A stretch of 64,000 nucleotides of DNA from assembly GCF_018977255.1 (NCBI RefSeq), contig NW_024704742.1, forward strand, positions 12,774,001 through 12,838,000, in the 5' to 3' direction. This document shows, one piece after another, positions 45,972 to 60,900 of this stretch. The translations under genes were made by a program, and so were the position numbers. The notes below the pieces were generated by a model. It saw only the letters and a program-made list of their open reading frames with translations, made no database searches and had not been told where the DNA came from. This stretch comes from Callorhinchus milii (Eukaryota). How positions within the stretch are numbered: position 1 is the stretch's first letter; every line of letters begins with the position of its first letter.

Positions 45972-48900
45972 CTAAAGTTAAAATGTCACAAAACAGAAAC
46001 ATACATTTAATTCATTTCCACAAAACAAAACACGATATTGAATTGACCTGAAAAAGGATTCCAAACTTTTTTCTCATCTTAATTTAAGATTTCTATTCAT
46101 GGGTTTTCTTATGGCAATTTGTTTTCCTACAGCTTGTATTTAGGGTGTTTAACTTGAGGGTAAAGTGTCTGTGAATGGTTGTCACAGAGACATGGAATGG
46201 ATTATCCCACATATTATGAATCCCCTCTTCAGGAAAAGGAATGAGTCACATCCTTATTGGGGTCTGGACTGCAACCATGCAACACAAGGACTGTTGGCAC
46301 TGCTACTTGGCAGGATGTCATTCCTTTAACGTTTATGGGTAGTATTCAGCCAATTTAATGCCAAAAATGGCTATTGGGCTCACTGGTGGAAATAGAAAAT
46401 AGCTGCATGAGATGACACAAGTGTTTCTGCTGATGAATTTGATGCTTTAGTGGCGATATGTAACTTGCCTAAACGTCAATGTCTGAACACATCCCTCAAC
46501 CTAAGACAAGAACCTGTCTGAGTTCAGAACCTCACTACATGGAGTTGGCTCTCATATATTCTGGTGTTCTGTGGCACAGCAGCCTGGTGCATCACGTATT
46601 GCATCACTCTACCATGCTGGTTTGATGGCTGCATCATTTTTCATACAGGTGTGAAATATCAATTCTGAGACAGTACAAATGACTAACTGTGACCACAGAA
46701 CATAATCGCTTAAAGTAGAATAAGAACAAACAAAGTTGTGGTAAAAGCTGAATTTAGAACTGTTAAAATGCACTAACATAGTTACTAGTTGTAAGCGGTT
46801 TCATCTCCACATTAGATATTCAGTTTGGTAAAAACAATGCTTTTATTTACTGCATTTATAGCAATATATCAGCACATTTGGATATGTAAATAGCCCATCC
46901 TGTCTCACCTGAGGCTTTGATCCTAGAATTTTTGAATACAATGTGTAGGCCATAACGTGACAGACTGGGTACCCCATGCCAACCAGGATTGCAGAGAGGA
47001 TATACTGAGCCAAATGGATGACGGGAATATACTGACACCAGAGCTGCTGGATGGGGCAGCCGACTGACTCGGATGGGGAGTTGACTGTGGACCTCAATGC
47101 CACATTCTCCATCGTGGTGGATGATTCACTCAACAATAATTCAGCTGAACTATTTTTCATCTCTGTCAATGACAACAAAACAACAGCAGTTAAGCAGGTG
47201 ATTTAGGAGATTTACTGCATGTTATACAGGTTGCCCGTGAGTTAATAATAACTGTGCTTTCAGTTCCCTTTCCCCTCCCTACCCTCTCTTGACTCCAAGC
47301 AAGTGGTCCATCCAGCATTGTCAAACACGTCCTCCCAATGTGAAAGGCGCAATCTGAATTGCATAAAATTATAATTATAATTGCATTTGATATTCTGTTG
47401 TTGAAAAGTCTGAAAGTAGGATTTAATATAGAGTATTAACATAGAGTGTGTATTTTCTAGGCAAACACAACATCCAATTTGCAGACATCAATGTCCCACA
47501 AACAAACATGAGGTGAATAACCACTTTTATTTGGGGGAATGTTTGTCAGGAAACCAGGACAAACTCACTTAAAGTTAGCAATAGAATGTAATGCAGATGG
47601 TCCATTCAAAATACCATAGCATCTGTTCAAAAATGTGTTTACTATATAATTTACTGGCATATCCATAATTTTCTATTATTTTTACTACTTTATTTTTACT
47701 TCTATATCTTTCTATTATTTCTTCTAAGCCTAAACATTTTGATATATTGGAAGCTAGAATTGGACATTTTGCAATGTCTGTGGTTAGTCTTAAAATAAGC
47801 TTCCTTGCAATAAAAAGGGTAACTTTGGAAAGGACTTTAAGGACTTTAAGGTCAAGGATATGCGACAAGTTAAAAATCTCAAACATGCTACAACCTGGGT
47901 GGCCTATAAAACAGAAAATGCTGAAACTTTCAGAACTATTTGTGAAACAAACACTAAAGAGGTTGCTGCTCAAAGCTCAAAACTGCAGTAATAAAGAACT
48001 GGAGATTGAACTAAACTAATCACAAAATCCAGGGTGCGTTACCCCAAAGGTTAGTGTATTGACAATCAGTTCTGCAAATAGCGAATGTATACTTAGCAAG
48101 CTCACTTTGCCCTTTCTACAGAACTATCAAACGTCAAATCTCAACTTGACACTCTAGTTCTGGATGATAAACTAACAACATTATAATATTGCTCCCCTCG
48201 GTGGCTTGTGTCCTATCAATCCCTTCATTGGTCTGTGTTCCTGCATTGTCAGGTCACCACTGATGTCACTTCCAGCTTGTAGTGCTGATTATTTTTATTT
48301 TAGATCTCACCATTGTTGGTTGCAAGTAAGCGAGGCCAGGATGTCTATTCTTTCATTTTAATGATGTTTGTGATATTATTGTGTAGTTTGGCTCAACTGG
48401 TAGAACCCATACTTCTGGGCCAATTATTGTTTATATGCAGTACTGAAGGGTTGCTACATTGCTGGAGTTGCTTTTTATGAGATGTTATATTGAGATCCTC
48501 TCTGCCTGTTCTGCAGTAAAAGATCTGCTGGAGTTTAACCTGTTAAAACCATGTAGCTTACCATTTTGAGTAAGTATTATCCATTTACAATAAAGTGTGT
48601 GAGTTAGGATTGAATGGGCAGTTTCAGGATTCTGCAAGTTACATAAACAGACCGCCATAAACAGACATCAGAAACAGTGACTGCCAGGCATTCTTTTCAT
48701 TTTGTGAAAAAGTATGTTTAAATAAACGTGACAACACTGGTTCTTTCACATAAAATGAAACGATGGTCACAATTACTGCTAGCAAGATATCAAAATAAAT
48801 CAACCATGAAGTTATTCTTACTGAGTTTTTAATTGCATGCAAATTTCCAGCACCAGAGGCATCAGCAAATCATGTCTGCACCAATGATACTTCTGCTTTT

Positions 48901-51900
48901 TAAAGTTGTTCTTTTCATGAATCCTACTTTCCCCCATGTCCTTTATTATTTTACTTTTCAAGGATGCCTTTTGAATTATTATTGTGGAGTCCTGTTAGAG
49001 TAGTGTTAGTCAGTGGTTAGAGTACTCGCTTTGCAAGTGAGAGTCCTGAGTTCAATTCCAGGCAGGGCGAAACCTTGGGCAAGTTTCCTTATTTCACACG
49101 CCTAATAATAATCCCTCCAAAAAAACAAAACAATAATAAATTGGTCATTTTCAATCCATTGGCTGCCGCGTTCGCCCACAAATATATAGTCAATTCACTT
49201 TACAGTATATTCTGTGAAGCACTTTGGGAAGTCTAGAAGACGTGAAAAGCGCTATATCAAATGCAAGGATTATTATTTATTATTCAAAATTATGATTCTA
49301 TTGATTCAGCCTCACTAGCCACTGATGATAATGAATTGCAAACCCTCTGAGTGAACAAATGCCTTGTTACTTCTATCCCAATTCTTCTGCTAACAATCTT
49401 TTGACTATTTGACCTTTGCCACCGATTCCCCAATCAAAGGAAATAGCTGTGTTAAGCTCCTTTTATGATAGTTAGACATTTTCAGAAGTAGGTCACCACC
49501 TTTTTGTAACCACTCTGCTGAACGGACTCACAAAGCAATCTTCTGAAGGCAATGAGGATATTTACCTCAAATAATACAGAAATAATTTCCTCTTTGGACA
49601 TCTGAGAAAACTTTTACCAATTTCACCATTTTACTACTTTGTGCAGCTGAGAGAGCCACATTAATCCCACCCAAAACTCCCCAAACCATTCAGTAAATTT
49701 CTAATAAAAAGAAGTTCGACAGCAATGAGTACATTGTATATGTTTACAAATTAATTGTCTGAAAGGAAGAGACTTTACCTGCCCACTGGATCTTGGGGTA
49801 TTGGTTCCCCCATGGCAACAAAATAAAAAAGGCAAGAAAATTAATCATAAATCCTCCAAGAAGCATCAATCGTTCCCCAATCCTGTTATAAAGGAAAGAC
49901 AAAGGGCATTGTACTAAACGTGTGTTCAATCCAAACACAGGACAAAGAAATGTAAATTTGAGACAGAACAATGATGTGGTGGACAGAGCTGCAGTTTACA
50001 GACCAGGTTAATTTGAATCCCGGTTCATGTTGCATTTGCTGATGTCAGCAAAGGGAGGAAGTGGGGGTTAAATCAGCCCAGGCCATCCCTGGGTGAAGGA
50101 GGTAAAACCAGACTGGGTTCCTGCATTTTGCCCTGTTCATCACCCTTTACTACGAATGTGCCACAGTTGAGTGGGCTACCAAGGCTCACGTACAAACAGT
50201 AGCTCAGCCAATGGGCAACCAGTGCCTGTGGAACCACATCCCAACCTAGCAAGAGGGGTCAGAGCAACAGGTGAGAGGCATTTGCCAATGGGGAGAAAAT
50301 TAGATCATACTAATTTTTTTTAAAAAACAGAAAAAAAAAGTAAATTCTCTTTTAATGATGTATCATACCTCTTTGATATAATTTTTGATGCCATGAAAAC
50401 AACCATGGATTCTATACCAATCCCAGCCAGGAGAATCCCATTGTACAGCACTGCCTGTTTCCCGGTCCAGGCATACATGTCCATGGTTAATGGAGCTGAT
50501 ATCCTGCAAAGGATTCAAAAAGAAAATTATTTTCCTTATCAGCTGATCCAAACGCAATCTATTTCTATATCAATAACTAAAGTAATTTGAGGATAAACAA
50601 GTTTGTTTTTAAAACATGGATTTAATTTTATACTAAATCACTTCTGATTTGCAGGTTAGGTTGACAAGTTAATATAATAATAATCCTTGCATTTGATACA
50701 GTGCCTTATCACATTGTTGAGACAATTCAAAGCGCTTCACAGAATATATTGTAAAGTGGATTGACTGTGTATTTTGTGGACGAAAATACAGACTTTGCAG
50801 AGATGTCATACTGTATACATGAAAAGGATCCCATGGTTTCCTGTAATCATTTTCATTATTATTTAAGGGAATATGTATTTGACATAGTAAGTACAACCTG
50901 GTGACTTAGCTTAACAATTCCTGTGAAAATTTGTAGATTGTGCTAACTGTACGAAAATATATACTGTATGGCCTTACTAAAGATTACACACAATATGAAT
51001 CTTTTTTATAATCCCTACAGAAACATATCACATAGAATCATCTGAAAGTACTTCTCAGTTTTCTGTAAATGTGGTGATTATGTGTACGTGAATCTGGCAT
51101 CAAATTTGTATATAGAAATATCGCACAAACAGCCATGAAGTGAACAACCATTTTTTAAAATCTGGGGATAAATGGATACCGATAGAAACTCCCTTCTCTT
51201 TTCTAATAGCGCCATGAGGTCTTTAATGTCCAACTGGACGGGCAGATGTCCATCTGGACAATAAGATGTTGGGACCTGCAAGACATCACCCTGAATCCTG
51301 TGTTTGAGTTGTGCAGGGTACTTCATTTTTCTTTACTTTTATTTTTATTATGGAATGCAATGCTTTTGTCCGACCCTGTTGCTTGGTCCCTAAGTATTGC
51401 AAAATAGCTTCACACAAATAATAAATATTAAAAACGCAGGGGTCATGCAGGCACAATAGAGCTAAATTGAGCAAAGCAAAGACAATGACTTTACTTAAGT
51501 AATAAGAGTACTTACGTTTCAAACACAGCAAACACGAAAAGGATGATGAAAAATAGGATATTGGATATCACTACAGCAATCCCATCAATGTCGCCCAGAC
51601 ATTCTTCAAGCAGCTCAGGATTTTCTGCCCCAAATCACAGCAATTTACTATACACAACATCACATCCATACTTTAATAATTACAATACTGTAATAATTTG
51701 AAAGTTAGGAAAATCTGAATGATGGCTACTGAAACAGTTACCTTCAGTACTAATATTTATGCTTCTCCCCAAATCGTCAATATTATGTTCTCTGCAAAGG
51801 AAAAGCATCATCATGTTTATGTTTAAATGAAAGACACATTTTATTTTCTCTTGCTAATTTTCTTCTCCTCCCTTGAAGATATTTGACTTTTTCACTTAGA

Positions 51901-54900
51901 CTGGGATCCTGATCCACAAGCACCAGCCATGATGGGTTTCTGCATGTGCCAGGCACCCGGCTGACCAAAAAAAAATAAGGAAAAGCAATTGTTTCTAAGC
52001 AATTGGCCATGAAGAGGTTTACCACTACTGTTAGAAAATAATTAATTAAAAATAACTTGATTTATACATTTAACAATATTGAAAGAGCAGGATGTAATTT
52101 TTTAAAATTTAAAAGCACAAAGTGCTAATAAAGACTAAACCGCTACATCGTAAAGCCTGGAAAAGTTTTCTTGACCAGAGGGAGCAGTGACTCTATAGCT
52201 ATAGAACACAGCGCAAGATTTGTGTTCTGTCATGAAACATCAGTGCTGTTTTAGAATTACCAGCAAAATCTATAGCAGCAATTCCAACTGATTAACAATT
52301 ACATTAAGAGTTACTGGATGCCTGGAAGTCACAGCGATCTTGGCAAGAATTTCAAATTTACATCACAAACAACCAAAGATCACATGGCTTATAACCATTC
52401 CTCCGTATCGGGCCTGAAATTAGTCTTAAAAGTCAATGGACCCTTCAATGTAACACCCGAGAGCTCACACGAGCATAGTTGTTCTACTTTGTTATGGCTA
52501 CTCAGCCGTCCTGCCAAGCATAAGAACATAAAAATTTGCTAGGCGAAAGAAGACCACGGTCCATCTAGTTCAACTTCCACCATCCTGGGCGTCAGGTTCA
52601 ACCCCCAATTATCCTTCCTCCCCCACATCGAGTCCCTCACCAGCACCGCTTTCTTCCACCTCCGACGCATCGCCCGTCTCCGCCAATACCTCTCCCCAAA
52701 AGCCGCTGAAACCCTGGTCCATGCCTTTGTCATCTCTCAGCTGGACTACTCCAACGACCTCCTCGCCGGTCTCCCCTCCACTCCACTAAAATCTAAATCA
52801 TTCAAAACTCTGCCACCCACATTCTCACCCGCACAAAACTCCGCTCCCCGATCACCCCAGTCCTTGCCAGACTGCACTCGCTGTCTGTTCCAGAGGATCG
52901 ACTTCAAGATCCTCACTCTTATTTTCAAATCCCTCCCCTCCTCTGCACCCCCCTACCTCTCTGACCTCCTCTCTCCTGAAAACAGTGCCCGTTGCCTTTG
53001 TTCCTCCGGGTCTGGCATCCTTCTTGTCCCCCGAGTCCTCCGCTCCACCCTCGGTGGCTGTGCCTTCAGCCACTATGCCCCGAGGCTCTGGAACTGCCTT
53101 CCTCACTCTCTTCGTCTCGCTCCCTCCCTTCCCATTTTCAGGTCTCTGCTGAAGACCTTTCTTTTCAACCGCGCCTTTGGTCACCTTCCGTCCCCCTTCC
53201 CTCTGGCTCGGCCCCGGGTTCCGTTACTGTGAAGCGCTTTGAGACGCCGCCCGGCGTAGAGGGCACTATATAAACCCAAGTTGTTGTTGTTGTTGGCAGT
53301 CGCTTGACATGTCGTGCCCCAAACTATACACTGTATCCTGAGATATTATTTTCTAGCAGAAAGCATCCAATGGACAATGGGCTGGAGCTGTCCACATTGC
53401 CCGCACACTTCCCTCAAACGCAGGTCCCAGAGCTAAAAAGACAATGTACTAACACTATTCCACTAACTATTCCCCCTGCAAAATCTGAGCTAATCGATAT
53501 TGTTGGAGTGGTAGGGGGTACTTAAAATGTTCTATTATTTTTTAGTGCTACCAAACTATCCAGTTGCCAAGACCACCCAATCCCAAGCCATTGCAGCTCG
53601 TGAGCCAATAACCAGGAAATAGGGGAGTTTGGGCTGGGAAACTTACTCCACTTGCCAACAGCTTCCAGATGAGATGAGCAAATCATCTTATTTTGATGGA
53701 TATCCACATCCTCCCACCTTGTGGTACAGCACAATGGAGCACCCCTCTTCTGTGTCACTACAATGTCTAAAAATCCCTGACTGTCCAGTGCCCTGGGACG
53801 TCTTTCCGACATGAAGGGCACTATATAAGTGTAATTTGTTGTTGGTGTTGTTGTCATGTCCATTTAATGCATGAACAAGCACTGGAGTTGCTTGTTAGCA
53901 CAGTATGAATCACTATTGGGAGTGTTGGAATTCCCAAATCGTCTAAGAGAGGGAAGGATAAATTCCCCACCTACCGGCTGATTGTAAAGTAGAATTGTCA
54001 GCGTGTCACTGGTGTGAGTGAGTATGTGGGAATGATAGGCTCAATACAAGAAAGAAAATACCTGAAAGAACAGGTTAGAGAAGCCCAAACCTGGCATTTT
54101 AAATAGCTAATAAAATTTAATGTGGAACTGACAGCAAGATATATTTATTAGCGAAGTTTACGTCTGTGACTGTCATGCAACGTCAGTAGAATGGACCAAC
54201 CTTCCATATTTACCTGAATAATGCAACGATAAGCACAATGTTTACAATTCCTAGGAAAGCTCCGAGAAAAGCTGGGGCAGTGTACATGTTCAACTCAAGG
54301 TCAATCGCCTTCCAGGACACTCCCGTCTGACCAATGCCTGTCAGCGCCGTCTGAAGAGCTGAAACAACAGTAAAAAACAAAACATAAAATAATCCTTAAT
54401 AATCCTTGATATAGCACCTTATCACGTCTTTGAGACGTCTCAAAGCACTTCACAGAGTATACTGTAAAGTGAATTGACTATATTTTGTGGGCGAAACATG
54501 GCAGCCAGTTGTACACAGCAATGTCCCACAAACAGTTGTGGATCGATGTGACCAATTTTTAAAAAAAAAATTGAAGGAATTATTTCCCCCGGAAAGCGAT
54601 CGGCCAATCAACTAACAACCGGGATCCTACTTACTGCTAGGTAAACAGAGGCGAGTGGAGTAAAGGAAACTTGCCCTGTCGGGAGGTCTCTCATTTGCTA
54701 GGCAATTGTTCTAATCACTGAGCTACAGGACTCCAGTAAATAAAATAAGCAACTAAGTATCCTTATGTCCATTAACACTTATAGTACAGCAACTGTATTC
54801 TGTTATTAAGCCTCAACCAAAAATATTTTATGTGAAGATTGAATGTTGAAGACTGCGTTACTGTAAAAATAAACGTGAGGCACGGGGGTAAGGCTGCAAG

Positions 54901-57900
54901 GGTTCACTAAACATAACTGAAACAACAGTTTTTTATAAATATTAATAGCAGTATATTTGCCACCCATCTTGATCTTTGTAGCCTTGGTAACAATTGAGAA
55001 AATGCCCAATTAAAGAGAAAAATATAGGAGGCATAGTTTCTATTTAAGAATCTTCCTAGTTATTATATATTAGATTAAATTATTACAGTTAGACAATACG
55101 GTGTATAGGGTTACAAATAAACCTTATACAGAAGAATACCCAATACCTAACTTTTGAAGTGACCATTTGTGGATATAAAATAATTAGATAAACAGTCAAT
55201 CCACTTTATAACAATAATAATAATCCTTGCATTTGATATAGTATATTGCAGTATATTCTATGAAACGCTTTGAGACGTCTCAATGACGTGATAAGGTGCT
55301 ATTTCAAATGCAAGGATTATTATTATTATTAGATATCTGTTTGTGGCACCTTGCTGACACAAGTTACTGTCATGCTTGCCTGCAGAGAGTACACGTGATA
55401 TTAATTACCTATGATGCTTTTGAGCTGTTTTGACAGGATATAAAAATGCAAGTTCTTTTTCTCTTTCAACATGCACATCATGAGCTTGAGTGTCTCTCCC
55501 AGTAAGCCATGTGTCATACTGAATGGATATAATAACTTGCATTAATGTAGTGCAATTTGTATGAAAGAAAATCTCAAAGCACTTTAACACAGAGTGGTGA
55601 ACAGCGAGGTGACTGAAGTTATAGATTAATGTTGAGTAACAGCTTTATACTACTCCAAATAGGAGGTCACTTTGAAGCTAATGTGATCCATAAGCGGACT
55701 TTCTTGAATAGAACTGAATAGAGTGAGATAGAGTGGTTAGTCCTTTGTTCATTCCACATATGCAGATTTCACTGTATTACTGGACCCAGGTGGAAGATTT
55801 GCGTGTGGTACTTTTCTGAAATACTTAAGATTTATTAATAAACAAGGCAATTTTACAATTTACATTTCTATAGCACCTTTCACGTTGAGAGGACGTCTCA
55901 AAGTGCTTCACGCTGTTGGCTGATCACCCAAGCGATGAAGGGGATGAAGGATGAGGGATGAAGGGGAAAGTTGACCAAAAATGCAATTAAAGAGGTAATC
56001 TTGGAAGTCGGAAGGGAGGAGGGGAGTTGGAGGGACTCCACGAGGAAGTTCCAGAAAGCAGGGCTGAATGGCTGAAAACTTGCCTGCCGATAGTGGGGCA
56101 GAGAGAATGGGGAACTTTACACATTTAGAAAGAAACTCTCAAATTTCAGGAATCCCTTGGATGCTATGCTGGAATCCCGGGATGTCACTGAATGGGAGAA
56201 GGTGGTTGCATATTCTCAGGTACTGTGCATTCCCAAGAGGAACAAGCTGCTACGGAGGGGATCAGCAAGGAGGGGAGACACGCGATATAATCAGAAAAGG
56301 GGCCAGAGTACGGGTGAGAAGGGGAGTGAAGCTGGTAATGTTAGTTTGTAAACAAGAACTTTAATCAGGATAATAATAATAATCCTTGCATTTGATATAG
56401 TCCCTTATCACGTCTTTGAGACATCTCAAAACGCTTCACAGAATATACTGTAAAGTGAATTGACTGTATATTTTGTGGGAGAAATATGGCAGCCAATAAT
56501 AAGATAAACTACAAAGTGTAGTTGTGACAATAGGTTTATCATGAGTGCTCAACAACTTGGAAGACATACTTTTACTTGAGTTTTGTTTAACACTTAGCCT
56601 GAGATTCTGGACTGATACCTTGTGATGCCATGTTATAACTGAGTTTCTCTATATTGTGCACTCAGTTCCATTTAAAATGTTTATTTGATTAAGTGAATTG
56701 ACTGTATATTTTAACTGGAGGAGGACGAATACTCTTGACTTATGAACTTTACAAGAAAGTGTTTGCTAACTGCTGTAATGATCAAATACATGTTTGACAT
56801 CCTTACCTGGTCCTAGTATAAAACCCAACGCCTGGCAGGCGCTCATATTTGCCATCGCACTGGTCCTTTCCTGAAGTGAGGTCGCACCTGAAACATATGA
56901 TCGGACCACAGCCACATTTCCTGAAACAAAACACAAAGAAAATGGGAAGCAGCACTTTACAGAACGTTTTTATCCCCCCCACCACCACCCCTCGGATCCC
57001 AGCTCAGGTGCCCAGCCAGCAGTGTCAAGCACTTTTAGACCTCTTCCAGACATAAAACGTGCTTTAAAAATATGAATTTTATTGTATTTTTAAGCAGTAA
57101 AATATTGTTTATGATACAAATGAAACTGAAATACTCAGGGAGGGCCAAGATAAAAACTGACTCATTTTGTAGCTCTTTCGTTCCATGCACATCAATATTT
57201 TTAACATTCACATTAGATTCATTAAATTTCACTTTTATTCTTAAAGAGAGGTCTCCTTGGAGCTAAACTGGCTCCAAGGTGACATGGTTGGCAATGCAAT
57301 GTCAGAATTGAGCCAACCCTCTGTGGTGGTCTCCAGTTCGGTTCCTGAGCTAAGCGGGTCCTCAGTACTCCAAGGCACTGCTGATGACAGCACAGCCCAG
57401 CCTGGCTCACCGGCAGGACCTGGAAGGGCAGACCAGTCACTGGGGGCTGGGACTCTTCTACTCTTGAATCTCCTCCATTCTGCACAAAGGCAATTCTGTT
57501 ATAGCATTTGGTTAAACAACAACAAAATGACATTTGTATAGAGCAGTTCACATCAGGAGGACGTCCCAAGACGCTGCGGTCTTACCTGCTCCAAATCCAA
57601 CAAACGCTCGAGCCATCAGCATGAAGTACTTTTTGTGAGATGGAATAGCGCTTACATAGGCATACAGCAAGTTTGCCATTACGTTGATCAAAATTGAGAT
57701 AATAAGCGGTTCTCTTCTTTGTCTGTAATTGGACCATAGACCAAACAATGGTGAAGCAACCATTTGCCCCAGGCTGTACGCAGCAATAACCCATCCCAGA
57801 AAGCTGGAATCTGCAGTTGTATCTACCTGTACAAAAGGAACATGTGTCAGATTACAGGATTTTCTGTAGGAAGCTCAAAACATGTGCTACTGTATCAAAT

Positions 57901-60900
57901 TTTAACCTTTCACTGTTACTGCAAAACAGCAGCTGGTCATCTTTACCCAAGTTATTTGTCATTCAAAGGTATATTTCCTAAATTCCTCATGTTCTTAGGT
58001 TTAAGTCCATTTTCTCCAATTCAACTAGAAATTTCGCAGTATCAAGAATTGGAGAAAATTGTTTCCAAATTAAAACTAAACATTGGTTTTGATTTAAATT
58101 CAATTTCAAGGTCCTCACCTTCAAAATACAATACAATGGGCTGGGAGCTTAAAGGGTGGGAAAGATGACTGATAGCATGGTCAAAGAGGTTTGTTTTGAG
58201 ATTAGTCTTGAAAGAGGGAGGGAGTGTTGAGATGAGACATTAAACAGAGGTCTGCCTGTTCAAATGGATGTCATGCAAGATCCCATAACATTAATCAAAA
58301 AGAGAAGGGAGTTTCTCCTGGTCTCCTGGGCCAACAATCCCCAGAATAAAATTGGAAATTCATGTCAGTTGTTTGTGGGACATTTATTGCGTGCAGATTG
58401 GTTGATGCCTTTGCCTATAGATTACACTTGACTGTAAATCCTGTGAAGTGCTGTGTGATGTCCCAATGACAATTTGAAAAGGTACTTTATTAAATGCAAG
58501 ACTTTATTAGTTTTTTATCATTATAATAGCAATTAGACTGCTAGGTTTTTGAAGCCTCACAACACTCATTGTTGGTGCTCAGAGATCAATGAACATTTTT
58601 CTCAGAAGTTCGTCACCAGTGACAAGCATCATACAATTCAAAAAGTAACTAGTGTAAATAAAGAGTCACACAAACAATTGTACAACTTGCATTCATATAA
58701 CATATGCATTATATTAGCATTCATATAGGAGGGAGGAGAAGGGAGGTGACTATTTGGCACAGTCACAGAGAAAGGTTTTAATGATACTTTTAAAGACAGG
58801 AGAGAGGGCAAAGCAAAGGTATTCAAGGAGAGAGTCCCAGACGGTCGGGCCATAGTGATTGAAGTTTCGGACACTAATTAGAATCCTGAGAGAAAAAAAA
58901 ATGAAAATCACAAACCTTTAGAAGAAATGGCCATATTGAGGAAATTACAATCGAGAAACCTGCAGAGAAAGAAACTATTTACCACATGTGTCAAACAGGG
59001 TATACAAATATTTACACAGACTGTACAGCATGGAGACAAGCTATTCGGCCCATCAGGTCTGTACCTGTGTTTATACTCCACACGAGTCTCCACCCATTCC
59101 TTACTCCCTCCCAGACCCTTCTGTTCCCTGTACTTCATGTGGCAAAGACCATTTACTGCAGTTGTTTCTAAAAGTAAGATATATGTAGATATATATATAT
59201 ACATATATTTCCTTCTCTTTCCGCTTTCTGGACTAGTTTGCCTTCATGCCTTGTGGATGGGTGAGCATCCTATAACCTAGTTTCCACACATGCTCCTCTT
59301 GAAGCACATAGTGACAGAGGCACAAGATTGGCCCACTGATAACTTGCCTTTTCATTTTCCCCCCTTCCCCTGCAGGATGACACACAACTTCCACAAGTAC
59401 CTATCTCCTTTGCAGTGCAGAGTGTATTAAAGCACCTCCATATAGAGCTTCAACATGCCTCCCTTCAGGATACAGATTAATAGATTCTTGGTATGTATTG
59501 AGTTGGCCGATCTCAGATAAAGCAGAGGTTAAAAGTGCTATATTTGTCCTCCTAGGGTTAAGATGAGACAAATGAATGAGCCAAGATTCCTTGCTCCTGA
59601 GCACAGAAGAGTGGGTGTGGGTGTCAGGTGAGAGGATACAGTCCAAGGTGCAATTCAGATGCCAACACTGACTGTCTAAACTCAAACATGAAAACGGTTC
59701 CAAAGGGAAGCTGGCACATGTGAAACAATTCAGCACAGCAACTCAGCACTTTCAGGAGAGGAAGGGAGGGAGGAAAGAGGCAAAAACAAAACTGCATGTT
59801 TATCACATGTGAAAATAAACAGTACTTTTAGAATGTCACAATATGGTGAAGTTAAGCACGGTTTAAGGACTCGAGCTCTCTCTTATCCACAATTCCTTAC
59901 AGAACGAGTTCTCAAACTCAGATGTTCCGTCTCCACAGAGATGGGAAAATAAATTAATAGATGTGAACTTTGTTTCTCTTAAAGCCAAATCGGAATCACC
60001 ACAAGCATTGGTACTCGGGAATACTTGAGGAATATTATCTGCTCATCCTTTCAGACCAGAAATATTGTATTGAGAAGTGTGTGTGTGTGTGTGTACGTAG
60101 TGGTGGGGGGAATAAGGCAAAATAAGTAAACAAAAATGTGACAGGGAAAGAAGAGCAAAGAAACATCTACAAATATTGAATGAAAAGTGTCACCCACATG
60201 GTTTAGAGAAAAGCAACTTCCTCTTCACAAATCCTAACACTGCAGAGCTGAAGTGGGATCAAACGTGAACATTTTTATTGAATACACTTTGCAGGATTTA
60301 AATGCAATTCGAGATCTCAAAACATTCCAACGATAGTGTTTCAGCACAATCACTTGTGGGCTAGTTTCTGTACAACTGAGCTTTATTACAACAACAACAA
60401 CAACAAGATGCCTTTCACATCGGGAGGACGTCCCAAAGTGCTGGACAGTCAGAGTTTCGGATCCGAGCTGGAGGTCGGGTTTGGAGGGCAGGGGGGATGC
60501 AGGATGATCGAAGACGAGGGTCTTGAGATGGTTCTTGAAGGAAGCAAGGGAAGGGGCAAGGTGGAGGAACTGTGGGATGGAGTTCCAGAGGGTGGGGGCA
60601 GAGTGGCAGAAGGCCCACCCGCCAATGGTGGGGCTTGGAAGGTGGGCGATGTGAAGCAGGCCGGAGTCCGCTGAGTGCAAAGAGCGAGCAGGATGGTAGG
60701 GGGTTAGGAGGTCGCAGAGGTAGGGAGGAGCAAGACATGGAGGACTTTGAAAGTGAGGACCAGGATCTTGAACTGTATCCTCATTGCGACGGGAAGCGAT
60801 TGGATTCGGGCAAGGATGGGGGTGATAGGGTCGTGGAGCCTAGTGCGGGAGAGGACACGGGCTGCAATGTTCTGGGTGATCTGCAGCCTGTGGAGGGAGG

